Shown here: piece after piece, positions 25,997 through 40,623 of the stretch
Layout of the letters: the number at the start of each line of letters is the position of its first letter
Position numbering within the stretch: position 1 is the stretch's first letter
Assembly: GCA_951406725.2 (NCBI GenBank)
Contig: OX597837.1
Location: forward strand, 44,764,001-44,828,000
DNA length: 64,000 bases
Reading direction: 5' to 3'
Source: Octopus vulgaris
Lineage: Eukaryota
The notes under the pieces: model-generated
What the model saw: the letters and a program-made list of their open reading frames with translations, nothing else
What the model was told of the DNA's origin: nothing
Database searches by the model: none
Translations under genes and position numbers: made by a program

Positions 25997-28939
25997 GCAC
26001 GCACACATACACACAAACACACATGAGGGTGTCCGGCTTCAACACAGTTTCCATCAACCAAGTTCACATACAAGGTATCAGCCGATTCGGAGCTACAGTA
26101 GAAGACACTTGCCCATAGTGCCGCTTACTGGAACTGAACCTAAAACTATGTGGTTGCAAAGCGATCTCCATAACGACGGAGCCATGCCTTCGCCAACAGG
26201 TGTAATGTGGTGTTGAAGGTGACATTGATTTTCAGAGAGATTTGGCTGGTATTTCTAGCAGTTTCATTGACTACATTGAAACCACCTCCGCGGGTTTCGA
26301 CTGTAGGTTTCAAGCCGCGTGGTGCATTAGATCTACTTGTTATAGGTTCCGTACTTCTAATTAACCGATGCGTTCCACAGGGGCCAGGTTCCCCCACTTC
26401 TTTTGTTCGTCGCACTATTTGAAGATAATGCTTCCGGTCGTGTTCTCCAACGATAATTAAAGGTTATATGGCGTTTCCACTGAATGAAGGTTTACAGCCA
26501 ATCAATTCGAAAGAATATGAAATTGGCGAGCGAAGGTTTAATGGTTTCCATGGCGTCGTTAGCAAACTGATGGATCCTTCTTTGAGTTAATTAACTCTAA
26601 TGCAGCCCCATTAGTCTAGGAGCAGGTATGGCTGTGTGATTGGGTGTATGGGCGCTGACGTGGCAGCATGATAAACGGTGTTGCCGATGTCACTGTATTG
26701 GTATCTTTTAGCTTTCGTCTTTTACTTTTTAGTCTTTAGACAGCGGCCAATCCGGAGCACTGCCTCGAAGAATTTTAGTCGAACGAATCGCCTCCAGTAG
26801 TTACTTTCTTTTGTAAGCCTGGTATTTGTTCTATCGCTCTCTATTGCAGAACTGCTAAGTTACGAGGACATAACCAATCCAACACTGGTTCACAAGCGTT
26901 GGTAGGCGACAAACACAAACAAAAAGACACACACACAGCTGATGTTTTTTCCCTTACGTCATCGTAACTTAGCGTTTCGACAAAAGAAACTGGTAGAATA
27001 AGAATAAACTAAACTATTCAAAACGGTGCCCCAACATAGCTGCAGCCCAGTGACTGAAGTAACCAAATGATGAAAGATGAAAAAGAAAATAAAAGTGAAA
27101 GATGAAAGATGAAGAGGGATTAAGAAACTTGCTATAAAACTTTGACGCTCCGGCATCACAAAGATTTAATCTAATTGTCATTCTAGTTAAAAGTGCATGT
27201 CTCGGAGAGATGGTCGCGGTGGATCACTGATTGTTCACGAATGCAGATATCAGTGCCATGTTCTTATTAGTATTCATTAGATGACAGAAACAGTGGAACT
27301 ATGAACAAAATGCCTTTGTAGTTTTTCTGAACCAAATTAACTCCAAAATGACCCAGAATAATGACGTCATCTTGTTGACGTCATTTCGATGGAGATTCAA
27401 TTAATGGCGTAGAAACAGCCTGGAGAAGAAATAAATTTAGAAAGCAGATAATCACACTTGAGAGATTCGAGACGACGAACGAAGCAATTATGCGTCATGT
27501 AGCTTGCTAGAAATAGCAGCCAGATCTTCTTAAAGTCATTCACTCTGCCGCATTAAAACATTAGACAGAATAGGCCAACGAGACAGCTGTTACATGGTCG
27601 TTCGTCCCTTAAATTACACCCTAACGTCCAGAAAGGAGACATAACTATTAGAAAATGAAATCCTCGATAAAAGAGCATTATATTACCTAATAAATGCGAT
27701 GGTTATGGTTGGTATATCGATCTAGGTGTAAACAACATCAAAATTTAAAACATTTTGTTTGTTGAAATGGTCGCAGTAAACATACCGTTAATCATAAATC
27801 TGATTGATTCGTCAGGGCTGATGTGAGGCTACAATGCACAACAACTAAGAACATATTTCGTCTGACGGCGGGATGGTCACGGCAAGAACGTTATGTCCAG
27901 TCTCTCAGTTCAGTCAGAACTGATCTAGGACTACACAACAGTGAATAAGTGAAATCATCACTTAACTGGAGAAAGAAAACAGTTGGCCCTTTTAAATATG
28001 TAAATTAACCTTAAGGCGGCGAGGTGGCAGCATCGTTAGAACGCCGGGAGAATGTGCTTAGCAGCATTTCGTTCTCCTTTATGCTATGAGTTCGAATTCC
28101 GCCGAGGTTGACTTTGCATTTCATCCTTACGGGGTCGATAAAACAAGTACCAGTTGAGCACTGGGGTCGATGTAATCGACTAGCTCCCCCATCCCCCAGG
28201 AACTGCAGGTCGTGTGTCAAAATTTGAAACCAATATGTAAATTAACTTTTAGGCGGCGAGATAGCAGAGTCGTTAGCACGCGAGAAAAATTGTTGAGCAA
28301 CATTTCGTCCGCCTTTACGCCCTGAGTTCAAACTCCACAGAGGTCGACTGAGCTTTTCGTACTTTCGGGGTCGATAAAACAAATAACAGTCAAGCACCGA
28401 GGTCGATATAATGGGCTTACCCTCTGCGCTGAAATGGTTGGCCTTGTGTCAATATTTAAAGCCAAATAAATTCATCAATAGATCAAGTTTTGTAGTGTTT
28501 TAATTTACAAATTAATTATTATTTGAGTCGTCTGAAACAAGGAAAACTTAGAAATGTGAACCAATAATTCGTTCCGTATGTTTAGTTTCGAAAACTCAAA
28601 CAGCCCTCTGGTCTCTGCATTTCCTGTCAACCGTCCGTTAAATAGATGAGATATCTACCAATAATATAGTTCATAATCGATTCCATCGAATATGCCCTTA
28701 CGCCAAAAGCGAACTGATTTGGCTTTGTCATTAGCAGAAACCATTATACGTTATATCTAGCGATGGCCTCAGCAGACGAATGATATATTGTATCACGCCT
28801 TTCATCTTGTACTTGATGCAGTCATTACCCTGCAGTCATGGCGAAACACCGTCCGAAAGGTTTCTAATCGACCAGATGTATCCAATAATTTATTTGTAAG
28901 TTCTATCATTGTCTTTTGCCAAACCTCGTTTGCCGAAAC

Positions 28940-29382
28940 AAACAGTTGCTCCTGAAGTGAGAATAAACACAGGATCGGTGAGTTCCATTTTAACGAAGGA
29001 TTTGTGCATGTCGTGACTCACGACTAAATTCCTCCATAAGGGGCTGGCAGAACTGCGTAGGCAGCTCCGCATGAAAATCACTTAGAACATGCTGGACTGT
29101 ACAAATCCCAACCCACACTTCACGATGACCATCAGCACTGGTGAGAAGACATGGGTTTATGGTCGATGCACGATGAGTTCGGCCATCCTGCGTGAAAACC
29201 AAAATCCGACGAGCTCACACCACATAAAAGCGAAGAAATGATGCGGCCTAACCGCGCGAAAATTTTCACGCATGCGCAGGATGGGGAGTTGTCCTCATTT
29301 AGCATGCAAAGGATTCGCCCATCCCGGCATTAGTTTTGCCGGAAAATTAAGTCGTTGGTTTCTTTTTGAAACGAACCTCGTA
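28940..29382 (-). mobile_element. Mariner-type 5' end relic
   Basis: Terminus TA-CGAGGTTCGTTTCAAAAAGAAACC on the minus strand, with decayed internal sequence. Confidence 0.5.
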
Positions 29383-29391
29383 TATACATAC

Positions 29392-29422
<31 letters not shown>

Positions 29423-29899
29423 CATACATACATACATACATACATGCATGCATGCATGCATACATACATACATACATGTATATATATATATATGTATATG
29501 TATATATAAGTGTAGGTGTGTGTCTGTGTCTGTGTCTGTAAGTCTACGTACGTGTGTATGTATGAATATATATAAATCTATATGTGTGGCTTTGTATTTG
29601 TGTTTGTATTTGTATTTGTTCTTTGAAACCGCTTGACAACTAGTGTTGGTTGGTTTACGGCCCCTTAATCTAGTAGTTTAGCAAAAGAGACCAATGGAAT
29701 ATGTCCTAAACTTTCAAAGATATATACATCGAACGGCCTCCGATTCGAACGTTGGTATTCACTTCTCCTTTATAGCCACAGGCACGGCTGTGTGGTAAAA
29801 AGTTTTCTTCCCAACAACATGGTTCCAGGTTCTATCCCATTACGTAGCAACTTGCACCAGTGTCTTCTATTATAACTGCGGGCTGACCAAAGCCTTCTG

Positions 29900-30075
29900 A
29901 GAGGCATCACTTCACAGAAGTTCCAGCTCTACTTTGAACAATGGAAAAAATATCTGGACCAATGCATTTGCTTCAAATGGAGAATACTTTGAAGGCAAAA
30001 AAAGTGTAAATGTGTAAAACTAAGCGAATAAAATAATATTGCAAAATTCCAGTTTCTCTTGGATACCACCTCGTA
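29900..30075 (+). mobile_element. Mariner 3' end relic
   Basis: FQLYFEQWKKYLDQCI..NGEYFEG followed by the TIR-like ending ...ACCTCGTA. Confidence 0.65.
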
Positions 30076-30438
30076 GATAATACTACCTGAACAGATATTA
30101 TTTAGAAAGTTTTAAACATGAGTAAATATTTCTGGGACACTATGTATGTATGTGTATATATGGATGTGTGTGTGGATGTATATGAGTATGTCTATATCTT
30201 TATATCTTCATCTATATGTGCGTATATGTATGTATGTGTGTGTTTGTGTGTATGTGACTCGGTCTCAGACATTTTGTCATTATTTTTGTCGTTGTTTTTA
30301 TAAACTTCAGTTATGATAATGTAGGAAAAAACAATCTAAATGTAAATCAGAATCAGTTTTGTGGTTGAACATTAATTCCTTTTTAAAGCAGAACGATTAA
30401 AGCCACACACTTATGCACAGATAGTGTATATATGTATG

Positions 30439-30636
<198 letters not shown>

Positions 30637-30655
30637 TTCTCTCTCGCTCTTTCTC

Positions 30656-30722
<67 letters not shown>

Positions 30723-30750
30723 TATATTTCTATATATACACGTATATATC

Positions 30751-30897
<147 letters not shown>

Positions 30898-31102
30898 TTA
30901 TAATCTAAATAATTGTTAAATACGAATAAAATATGCATTCCTAAGCTACCACCATGACGAGTGTCGTGAAACCGATGACATATTAATGGCAGACAATGGC
31001 GCATCCATAAAAAGCGATGGGCGACAGTATTGGCAAGTTTTACTTAACACAAAAATCAATATATATAATACGTGTGCTAAAATACATACATACATACATA
31101 CA

Positions 31103-31660
31103 TACATGGTGGCTGCCCCCTCGTTATCAAGTATGGCCATTGCACGAAGCTTAATCAAGGTTGTTATCGTGCAATGCCTGTGCAAGAAGATTTTTTATAA
31201 AGTGAGGAAAGGCTGTGCACTGAGTCAATCCCACTCACTAAGCAACAGCAGTCATAATCCGAAAAGAAGAACAAGTCAACATCATCGGTAACCACTGAGC
31301 CGCAGGTTTTATGTCGGAGTTATCCCAGTTATCTGAGTTACCTTCTCCTAGAAGGATGCCCTAACAAAGGCTAGGAGTCCTTCACGCCCAATTGTTTAAC
31401 CGCGCGATCGGGTATTCTGTCCGATTATTTCTATGTCCCCGCGCATGATGTAGCCTTAAGGCATTTATTGGATGGCCGTTGACTCTCAAGAGTTCCTCCG
31501 CCCTTTGACGGGTTTTGTTTTTCATCCGGCAGGGTAACCATTAAACACCCTCCTCACCAAGCAAGCTTGGTGGTGTTTCCGGTTTAGTCGCCGATGACCC
31601 GACCATGCAACAGGTTGTACTGGGTTACATGTTACCAGTAGCACTCGAAAATGACCTGAC
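31103..31660. mobile_element. Unclassified dispersed repeat flanked by (TACA)n
   Basis: GC-richer block; its start (atgg.tgcccc.tcgttatc.ag..tggccattgcacgaagcttaa) recurs at about 47900-47946. Confidence 0.55.
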
Positions 31661-32660
31661 ATAACATACATACATACAAACAAGCATACATACATACATA
31701 CATACATACATACATACATACATACATACAATCAAGCATACATACATACATACAAACATACATACATACATAAATATATATGTATGTATACATATATGCA
31801 TATAGTGAAAACTACTTACGCATTTTAAGCTATTGAAATCGTTCTTCTATGATTTACTTTCTAAATTTCTCCCCACGAGCTCTCAATCGACACGAGTTCT
31901 CAATACCGGCTGGAGCCATTCTGTTTACTTACTATATTCCAATTGTTCATGGTGTCTTTTATTTTTTCATAATGCTCAGTTAATATTTTACTAATGCTTT
32001 ACACACACACACACACACACACACACAGAGGCATGTTTTGTCCATAAAATTTCTATGCATTTTCCTTCTTTGTGTATCGTTTATATATTATTATATACTA
32101 TTATATATTGTTAAATTTATACAACTTTTATGTGAAAATGTTTTTATTACTAAGCGTTTGTTTATCGCTCGCTTCTTTCATTTAATCATTCAATATTTTC
32201 AACTTCAGCCAACTTTTTATCTGTAACTCAATTTTATTCTTTGATTCTCACTTTCCTACGAAGATGTTGTCTTGTCAACATGACGAATGTTATACCGTCT
32301 GTTGTTGTGCGTGCTCGTGAAATTATGTCTATCGTCTTGAGCACGTGAATTTCCACCACATGAAATCAGCTAGCAACGTTTGTTTTTTTTTTTTGTGTGT
32401 TTTTAATTAAAAACTATGAAACTAAATGAAAATGTATCCCTTACAAAATTTACGACAAAATTTTCTAGATTCATTTCGATCAAAATACCTGCTATTTAAG
32501 CCAATGCGAAAATACGACTACAGTTCTCTGTTATTAGCTCCGCCTTAGAGAAGGCGGAGGTATTGTTTTCAGTTGTATTTGTTTATTTATTTGTCCGCTA
32601 GATGGACTCGGATGAAACTTTCAAGGATGTTTGGCCTCGTGACTAGCACGAACTGATCAC

Positions 32661-32692
<32 letters not shown>

Positions 32693-32732
32693 GTGTATGT
32701 GTAGATAGCTAGACAGACAGGCATATAGATAA

Positions 32733-32765
<33 letters not shown>

Positions 32766-32862
32766 GAGATAGATAGATAGATAGATAGATAGAGAGACAG
32801 AGAGACATACAGAGAGACAGGCAGGCAGGCAGGCAGGCAGGCAAGCAGACAGACAGACAGAC

Positions 32863-32940
<78 letters not shown>

Positions 32941-33795
32941 GTAGGTAGGTAGGTAGGTAGGTAGATAGAAAATTAGAATGGTTTTAATATTTTTTTAAAT
33001 TTAAAACATATATTCTGATTCAGTTTTACGAAAAATCCTTCCTTCTATTAACATGGACTAGATATCATATATATATACATATATCCGTTTTCATCTTTTT
33101 CTTGGGTATGAACCATTTCTGTCTGTGCGTCCGTCTTCAAGGCGAGCTTTATGCAATACAATGGAATACTATGTAGATACACAGTAAAAGTATTGATTTC
33201 AAATTTTAGTCCAAGCCAGCATTTTCGGAGACGATACTAGTCGATTCCATAAACTGGTACTTATTTCATCACCCCCAAAAAGGATGAGAAGCAAAGTCGA
33301 CCTCGGCGAAATTTGAACTCAGAACTTAAAACTGGACAAAATGCCGCTTAGCATTTTGCCTGGCGCGCTAAAGATTTTGCTTGCTCGCCTTGCTTATCCG
33401 TGGTAAATATATTGATATTTTTATTCATCATGTATACGCATTGTACACCTTGGCTGTAGCCTTCATTTTTCAGGAGCGATCTATACTGATTGTGTAGCTA
33501 ATGTTTCCGTTCATGTATCGTGAGTGTGTGAAAAAAAAAAGTGTGTTAAAGGTTATTATTTTATTTATAAGTAATACAATCAAACTATTGTTTTCATTCT
33601 AAATGCAACAGAGAGAATAAGAAACAAAGAAAAAAAAACAAAGCAAAACAAAAAAATAGAAATGTAGAGACAAAGAAAATTAATATTAACATTCAGTAAT
33701 ACAACTCTATCAAAATTTTTCTTCAACTGTCAAGGCCAATGCAATTATTGAAATTTAAATTCAGTTGGTATAGAAATATGGGAATAATTTCGCTT

Positions 33796-33868
33796 TCAGG
33801 CTTTCGGAGATTTTCCTTTTGCTAGACTCAGTAAATTTTTGTCGTACTTGTGTCTCGAGGACGACGAG
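33796..33868 (-). CDS. Cadherin-related gene, probable terminal coding exon (short cytoplasmic tail)
   Basis: Acceptor atcaccag|C, with a weak pyrimidine tract. With the 35994 donor it reads SSSSSRHKYDKNLLSLAKGKSPKA*; with the 35999 donor it reads LVVLETQVRQ...PYFYTN* ending at 33761. Minus-strand AATAAA at about 33560-33565. Confidence 0.55.
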
Positions 33869-35253
33869 CTGGTGATACACGTATATTGTATTGTAATGTA
33901 AATGAATGACAAAACTAATGAGAAAGTAAAAATAAAAATAAATTAAAAAGGAAATAGTTTCTATAAGAACTGAATTAGAACTTTGAAAGACAGCTTTCTC
34001 CTCGGGCAAATGAAAAACCATGGATCGAGTATTTCATTATTTCAACTTCATTTTATCCGTAAATATTCTTCTCCTTCTGTTCCTTCCTCTGTCTCTCTTT
34101 TCATTACTCTCTCCTTACTTAATTTAGAATGACAATTATGACATCAATGTATCAATCTTAAATAATATAACCAATATGTAAACACAAAGCCTTGAAAAAC
34201 GTTATGCGTACATACCTACCTACATACATACATTCATAAATATATGTCTACATATCACCGTCCCCGACCAGGCAATCAGATGTTACTACACATCGCTGGT
34301 CACAATGCGCTTCGCAATTGTTTTAGTCTTCAAATGATGCCAACACGCATAAAGTCGACCTCGGTGGAATTTGAATTCCATTTCGTCGCCGCCTTATATA
34401 TAAAGTATTATTATAAATATATAATTATAATTAAGTGCGCTGGGGGTGGGGTACAGCGCCTGTACGCTTGAAATAGACGTCGAACGACTACGAAACACCT
34501 AAGTTAGCGCTTGTAGTCGTTTGACGTCTATTTCCAGCTTATAGGCGCTGTCGCTCCAGCGCCCTTAATTATAATTATATGTTTATAATTCTACTTTAAA
34601 TATTAATTTAAGCCATATGGTATTTTGTACGCTGGCCACCGATAAATCACTAATTAATGACTTTACCCTAATTATGTATAAATATACATTTATTCACTCC
34701 ACAAACATATTTATTGCGGTTATTATTCTAAATACGCACATGCCAGAAATGAACGATGGAGTTTTACTTCGTATACATGTGTAGAATATGTGTATATATT
34801 CGTACTTGTACGGGTGCATCCCCAAGAGTATATATATATATATATGTATTTCTCATTTATCTACGACCAGTGTATCCTACTGATGATTGTAAAGCTATTT
34901 TGATATTGCAAAACATGAATTCTTAAGTTAGAGGATTGTCCACAATATTTTATAGATCCTTTTTGTCCATTTTGTTCGCATACAACCTTGTGATAAACGG
35001 AGTGTAAACTTAAGTAGGTTGTAATCATTTGACCTCTATTTCAAGCGTACAGGCTCTGTCCCTCCAGCCCCCTTAATTATAATTATACTTTAAGTATTAA
35101 TTTAACCCATATGGCTTTCGTACACTGGCCACTCATAAAGCATTAATTAATTACTTTTTCCTTATTGTGTGTGTATGTATGTATGTATGCGTGTCAATGT
35201 GTGTCTGTGTATCTATGTCTGTCTGTGTGTCTATGTCTGTGTCTCTATATCTG

Positions 35254-35290
<37 letters not shown>

Positions 35291-35994
35291 CTGTTTGTGT
35301 GTGTGTGTGTATGTCTGCCCTTGTCTGTCTGTGTGTGAATGTCAGTCTATGTCTATCTGTCTATGTCTATGTCTGTCTATCTAAGTCTATGTCTGTCTGT
35401 GTGAGTATGCTTGTGTATGGCTGTCTATATCTGTTTACATGTCTGTGTCTGTGTGTGTGTATGTCTGTCTTTTTATGTCTATATCTGCGTGCCTATGTCT
35501 GTCTGTGTATGTCTGTCGGTGCCTGTCTGTGTGTGTATGTCGCTCTGTGTCTGTGTGTGTATGTCTGTCTGCCCATGTCTATGTCTGTCTGTGTCTGCCT
35601 GTGTGTCTATGTTTGTCTGTGTGTCTCTATGTCCCTCTGTGTCTGTCTCTGTCTCTGTTTGTGTGTGTATGTCTGTCTGTATGTCTATGTCTGTCTGTAT
35701 GCCTATGTCTGTATATGTATGTCTGTGTCTGTTTATGTAAGTACAGCTATCCAAATAAGTAACCAAATACATCGATATGAAACTCTGACGTTTCTTTATT
35801 CTCCGTATTCAGTCCGAAACGACCATCGTACAGTTTTTCGTGTTTCAAAATGTGTATGTGTATGCATGTGTGTGTGTATGTTTCTATATGTAAGCCATCA
35901 TCTAATATTCCCGAGTCATTGTTATAGTTCTTAGCATTATCGTTATCATTACAATTATTTTATTTCTTTTTCCGTTATTTCTCTTTCTTGTTAC

Positions 35995-36164
35995 CTCACT
36001 TCATTTTTATATCCGCCAAAATCATAATGTTCCATTTTCCTCTGTTGCTCCTTTCTCGATTTTCTGCAGTTTATTATAATGTAAGCGAGGGCCACCACCA
36101 AAGATCCGACTGCCAACATCAGCACCGTCATCATTCCGATAAACACATCCTGGGAAATGCCTTC
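35995..36164 (-). CDS. Cadherin-related gene, transmembrane exon
   Basis: Acceptor tattttggttag|GAA. EGISQDVFIGMMTVLMLAVGSLVVALAYIIINCRKSRKEQQRKMEHYDFGGYKNE(V) is an about 25-aa hydrophobic helix followed by a basic stop-transfer. Two possible donors: gtgagg at 35999 or gtaaca at 35994. Confidence 0.88.
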
Positions 36165-37351
36165 CTAACCAAAATAAATAAATAAATGGATAGATTAGGA
36201 GGGGAAGCAAACGTGAATAAGTGGGGCACAATGAGTAATTTCTGATTTTCTGCGATATTTTTCCTATTTGCTTAAAATTATTACATTGCAATTATTGTGT
36301 TATCATTTTGTACGTTTGCCTCACCTTCGAGAGTACATATCAATTAGCATAGTTGTTGATCCGAGGTTGAGACAGTTTGAAACGTTTTCTCGAGAAATTT
36401 TACTTCAAATTCTACCAACTTTAATTGAGTTTGCTAATTAAATATCCGAATAATTTTTGGTGTTCTTTTTCTCTATTGGATTCCAAGTCACTTTTTTTCA
36501 CATTAATGTCTAACTTGATAAATTTCAATTTTCAAAAGACAAATTATCTAGAGCGGGGCAAAATGAGTAAGAGCAAATGCCCAATCTTCCTACGCTGTTT
36601 TCACAGCTCTGCTGCGTTCGAAGTATACTTACCTGAATAAGTTTGTTCTCCTCTCTGTCTTCTTACCTACCCACGCCCCCACCAGTTGTTTCTCCCTACC
36701 CCCCCCCCCCAATTATTACTCTTCCATATTTTTCTCCTACTCTACATGATTTAATTTTTCTAAACAGTTTTCTCCACTATTTCTCCCACTTTTCTGCTTC
36801 CACGTCTCTCTCTTACTTTTACCGTATTCACATCTCACTCAAATCCACCCACCCGCCCACCAGCAACCTCTGCCCTTTATGACCATGTGAATATGTACGT
36901 GTGCGTATGTGCGTGCGTATGTGTGTATATATATGCATATATATATAATAAACCTTTACATATATAAATAACGTGGAATACACGAAGGGACGAACATAAG
37001 AGAACATAAGAGAACATAAAAGCCTTCGTTCTTCAGTCAGAAACCGATTCATCATCGCAAATTTCGGCTGTTTAATTCTGAGATCTGCTCTGAATCGGCC
37101 AGCCCCAGAAGGAAAGAATGCAACGCAACAGAGACGAACAGGAAACGAAAAAAACTTTTTTGAAGACAATAACGGTTAAAAACAAGGATGACACAGGCGC
37201 CCTACGGCTTTGAGACAAAAGGAGACACAAAAACAATTTATCAGCAAGCGTGGAAAAATAATTACCTTTTGTATATATATATATATCTGCAAGCATGTAT
37301 ATATATTTATGTATATATGAATATATATATATATATATATATATATGCATG

Positions 37352-37391
<40 letters not shown>

Positions 37392-37392
37392 T

Positions 37393-37431
<39 letters not shown>

Positions 37432-37440
37432 CACATACAG

Positions 37441-37531
<91 letters not shown>

Positions 37532-37841
37532 GTACTTTTTCCTCCCACCACCGCCTGACAACCTGTGTTGATGTGTTTACGTACCCGTAACTTAGCGGTT
37601 CGTCAAAATATACAGATATAACAAATATCAAGCTTAAAAAGAAAACGAGTTGTGGGATGAGGTATTTCGACTAAATGTCTTCAAAGCGGATAAAAAAGAT
37701 AAAAAGACGCGCGATGGAATGAAGCAAGATAATGGGGACCTTTTACTTACTGTAAAGGTTGCTGCGATTAACTTTCGAGGTTGCATCAGTGGCGGATATG
37801 GCAGTTTTGGCGGTAGAATCTACAATAGAATCATGCGCATA

Positions 37842-38423
<582 letters not shown>

Positions 38424-38638
38424 AAGTTTCTTTATTGGCCACACATGGCTGCACACAGATGGGACAAGTTACAAGGTAGAGCTTTTCTTTTGGGGGATGA
38501 AAAAAAAAGGGGGTGGCGTAGGTTTTCGATCAAGAGGGATCGTAAAAGAGAAGAAAAGAACAAAAAAAAATTAGAATAAAAAAAAATAAATAGAATAAAA
38601 AATAAAAAGAATAAAAGGAAAAAAAGGGAAAAGGAACA
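38424..38638 (-). mobile_element. Diverged copy 3 of the (TATC)n-embedded retroelement
   Basis: Reverse complement of the same 3' UTR end (...ctgtgtgcagccatgtgtggccaataaagaaac); flanked by (GATA)n on both sides. Confidence 0.7.
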
Positions 38639-38653
38639 GATAGATAGATAGAT

Positions 38654-38713
<60 letters not shown>

Positions 38714-39495
38714 GATGTCGGGAATCTCCTGTAAACTTTCAGGAATGCCCTGTATATTCACTTCTCTTTTGGTTACTGACCTCTTCTCCCAGGAGAGATT
38801 TATCTGATCGGAATTATTTTCCTTTACTATTCTAAAATCAAGGTGAAATATTTAACACACAGTTCAGGCGACATATCTGGAAAAGTCAGTTTATATACAT
38901 GTCTCCGCAGATACACTGTAATCAATTTTATAATAACGTTAAATTATAACACTATATAGTGCAGTTAGGCTAGCTGTGTGATCATCCATCTTGGGAAAAA
39001 AATTTGCATAGATATTACATGGTCTTAAACTAATTTTGCCGGTAAATTTGAAAAGTTTATATTAATTTAGCATTAGAATTCTTCAAGTTGTATAAAAAAT
39101 AGTTATTGTCTGCATCATTCGAAAGAGAAATAAATTCTGCATAAGGTGTAAAAGATGAATATAATTTGTATTGTGTTAGTAAAAAAATATTTTGTAAGAA
39201 ACAGAACTTTTATCATCGGTTTTAAATTTATTTTCGCCGGTGTATGTTGTTATTAATAGGCGGTCGTCTGCTTTTTTCACCTCTGCTAGGATCCATTACA
39301 GTGTGTAACAATTTGTTTTGTCGTTGGTCAGTATTACTTCCTATTTGCTTCTATCTAAAAATGACAACGATTCCCTTCAGACTTTGCTTTTATGGCCTGG
39401 ACATCAAAGTTTTGAAACTGACCTATTTTCCATTACATTTCAGACAGATTCATTGCTAAGTTGCTGAAGCAGAAATATCGTTATAGTAAATATTC

Positions 39496-39879
39496 GGATC
39501 TTTTCGGTTTGACCGGCAGTTTTTTCTAGCGGTGTCATATGAAATTGTCACCCATAATTATGACCCTAGTATCGATCTATTGCATTTCAATCTGTTTCAG
39601 GGTTAGGGTTATTTAGGGTTATTTAGGGTTAGGGCTAGGGGTTGCGGGAAGGGCATATTTTTTTCTTCACAAATGTAAATAAACCCAATCTGTTTCTTAA
39701 ACGAGGGAATATTCATACGGCACAGACTGCTTTCACCTCAATAGACGTCATTGATTGGTTGAAATTGCAGAAATTAAAGAAAAAAACAACAAATATCTTA
39801 CAAACTATAGAATTGTTTAGTAAGTGTTTAGTTACGTGGAAATTATTTTTAAAAACTGCCGGTCAAACCGAAAAGATCC
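39496..39879. mobile_element. Same MITE family, copy 2 (cadherin intron)
   Basis: Perfect TIRs of about 29 bp and perfect 8-bp TSD aaatattc (39488-39495 and 39880-39887). Internal deletion relative to copy 1. Confidence 0.9.
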
Positions 39880-40491
39880 AAATATTCTGCTCAATAGCAC
39901 AGATTTACTTGTCGCTTGCTTGACCTTAAACACTTGAGCATGTCCCTTAGTGGCTGACAATATATGCATCTCCGATCAGGAGCAGCAGCAGTGAGGGAAC
40001 ATCATAGCCTTCGGAGTTTGAATAAATATTAGCCATTTGTCATACTTTCTAAGGGTAAGCAAATAGAAAATAAGCAGTTGCTACCCAAGGACCTAAATCG
40101 TGTTGGTGTTATTGTGTACATGTTCGTTTATTAATACGTCAATAGATTAGGATTATCTCTCTACTTTCTTTTTCTTTCTCTCGTGATGGCATGATCTAGA
40201 GAATTCGATTTTGACAGACAGCGTTCATTTTTCTTTACCGAACTTAACGTCGACTGTCAAAGCCATATTCTACTCGAAATACAGTGACAGAAAATGATAG
40301 TATGATTATATTTGGAAAACCTTTAACATTAGTTTGTTTTTTTTTAACTAATTTGGCTAGAGTTTAAACAGCAACAACAACTACAACAACAACAATAACG
40401 ACAGCAACAACAAGAACGGATTTATATCTTCAAATGAAAAATAAAATTTGTAAAGGTGAAATTTTATAAGAATGTCTCGTGTTTTACGTAC

Positions 40492-40560
40492 CGGGTTGGG
40501 TTGAGCAAGAAGGAATAAAACGGCAATAGACGAATGTGCCAAGGAGGATACGTCTTCAGC
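40492..40560 (-). CDS. Cadherin-related gene exon (end of EC3)
   Basis: Acceptor ttttaaccacag|GCT and donor CCG|gtacgt; 69 bp, phase 0/0. AEDVSSLAHSSIAVLFLLAQPNP completes the K|A.D..S.A.L final strands. Confidence 0.82.
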
Positions 40561-40623
40561 CTGTGGTTAAAATTTAGAAAAAAAACAAGATAATTATATA
40601 TAAATAATCTGTTTTATCATTCA

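Noticed and set aside
36627-36650. Perfect minus-strand donor CAG|gtaagt in the intron before the TM exon
   Set aside because: Upstream sequence is purine-rich low complexity with no acceptor or coherent reading frame.
37020-37120. GGC...GCC-GAAATTT motif on the minus strand (related units at about 1330-1390 and 51975-52040)
   Set aside because: Probably a decayed hammerhead-bearing repeat, but the CUGANGA core is unrecognisable, so it was not counted.
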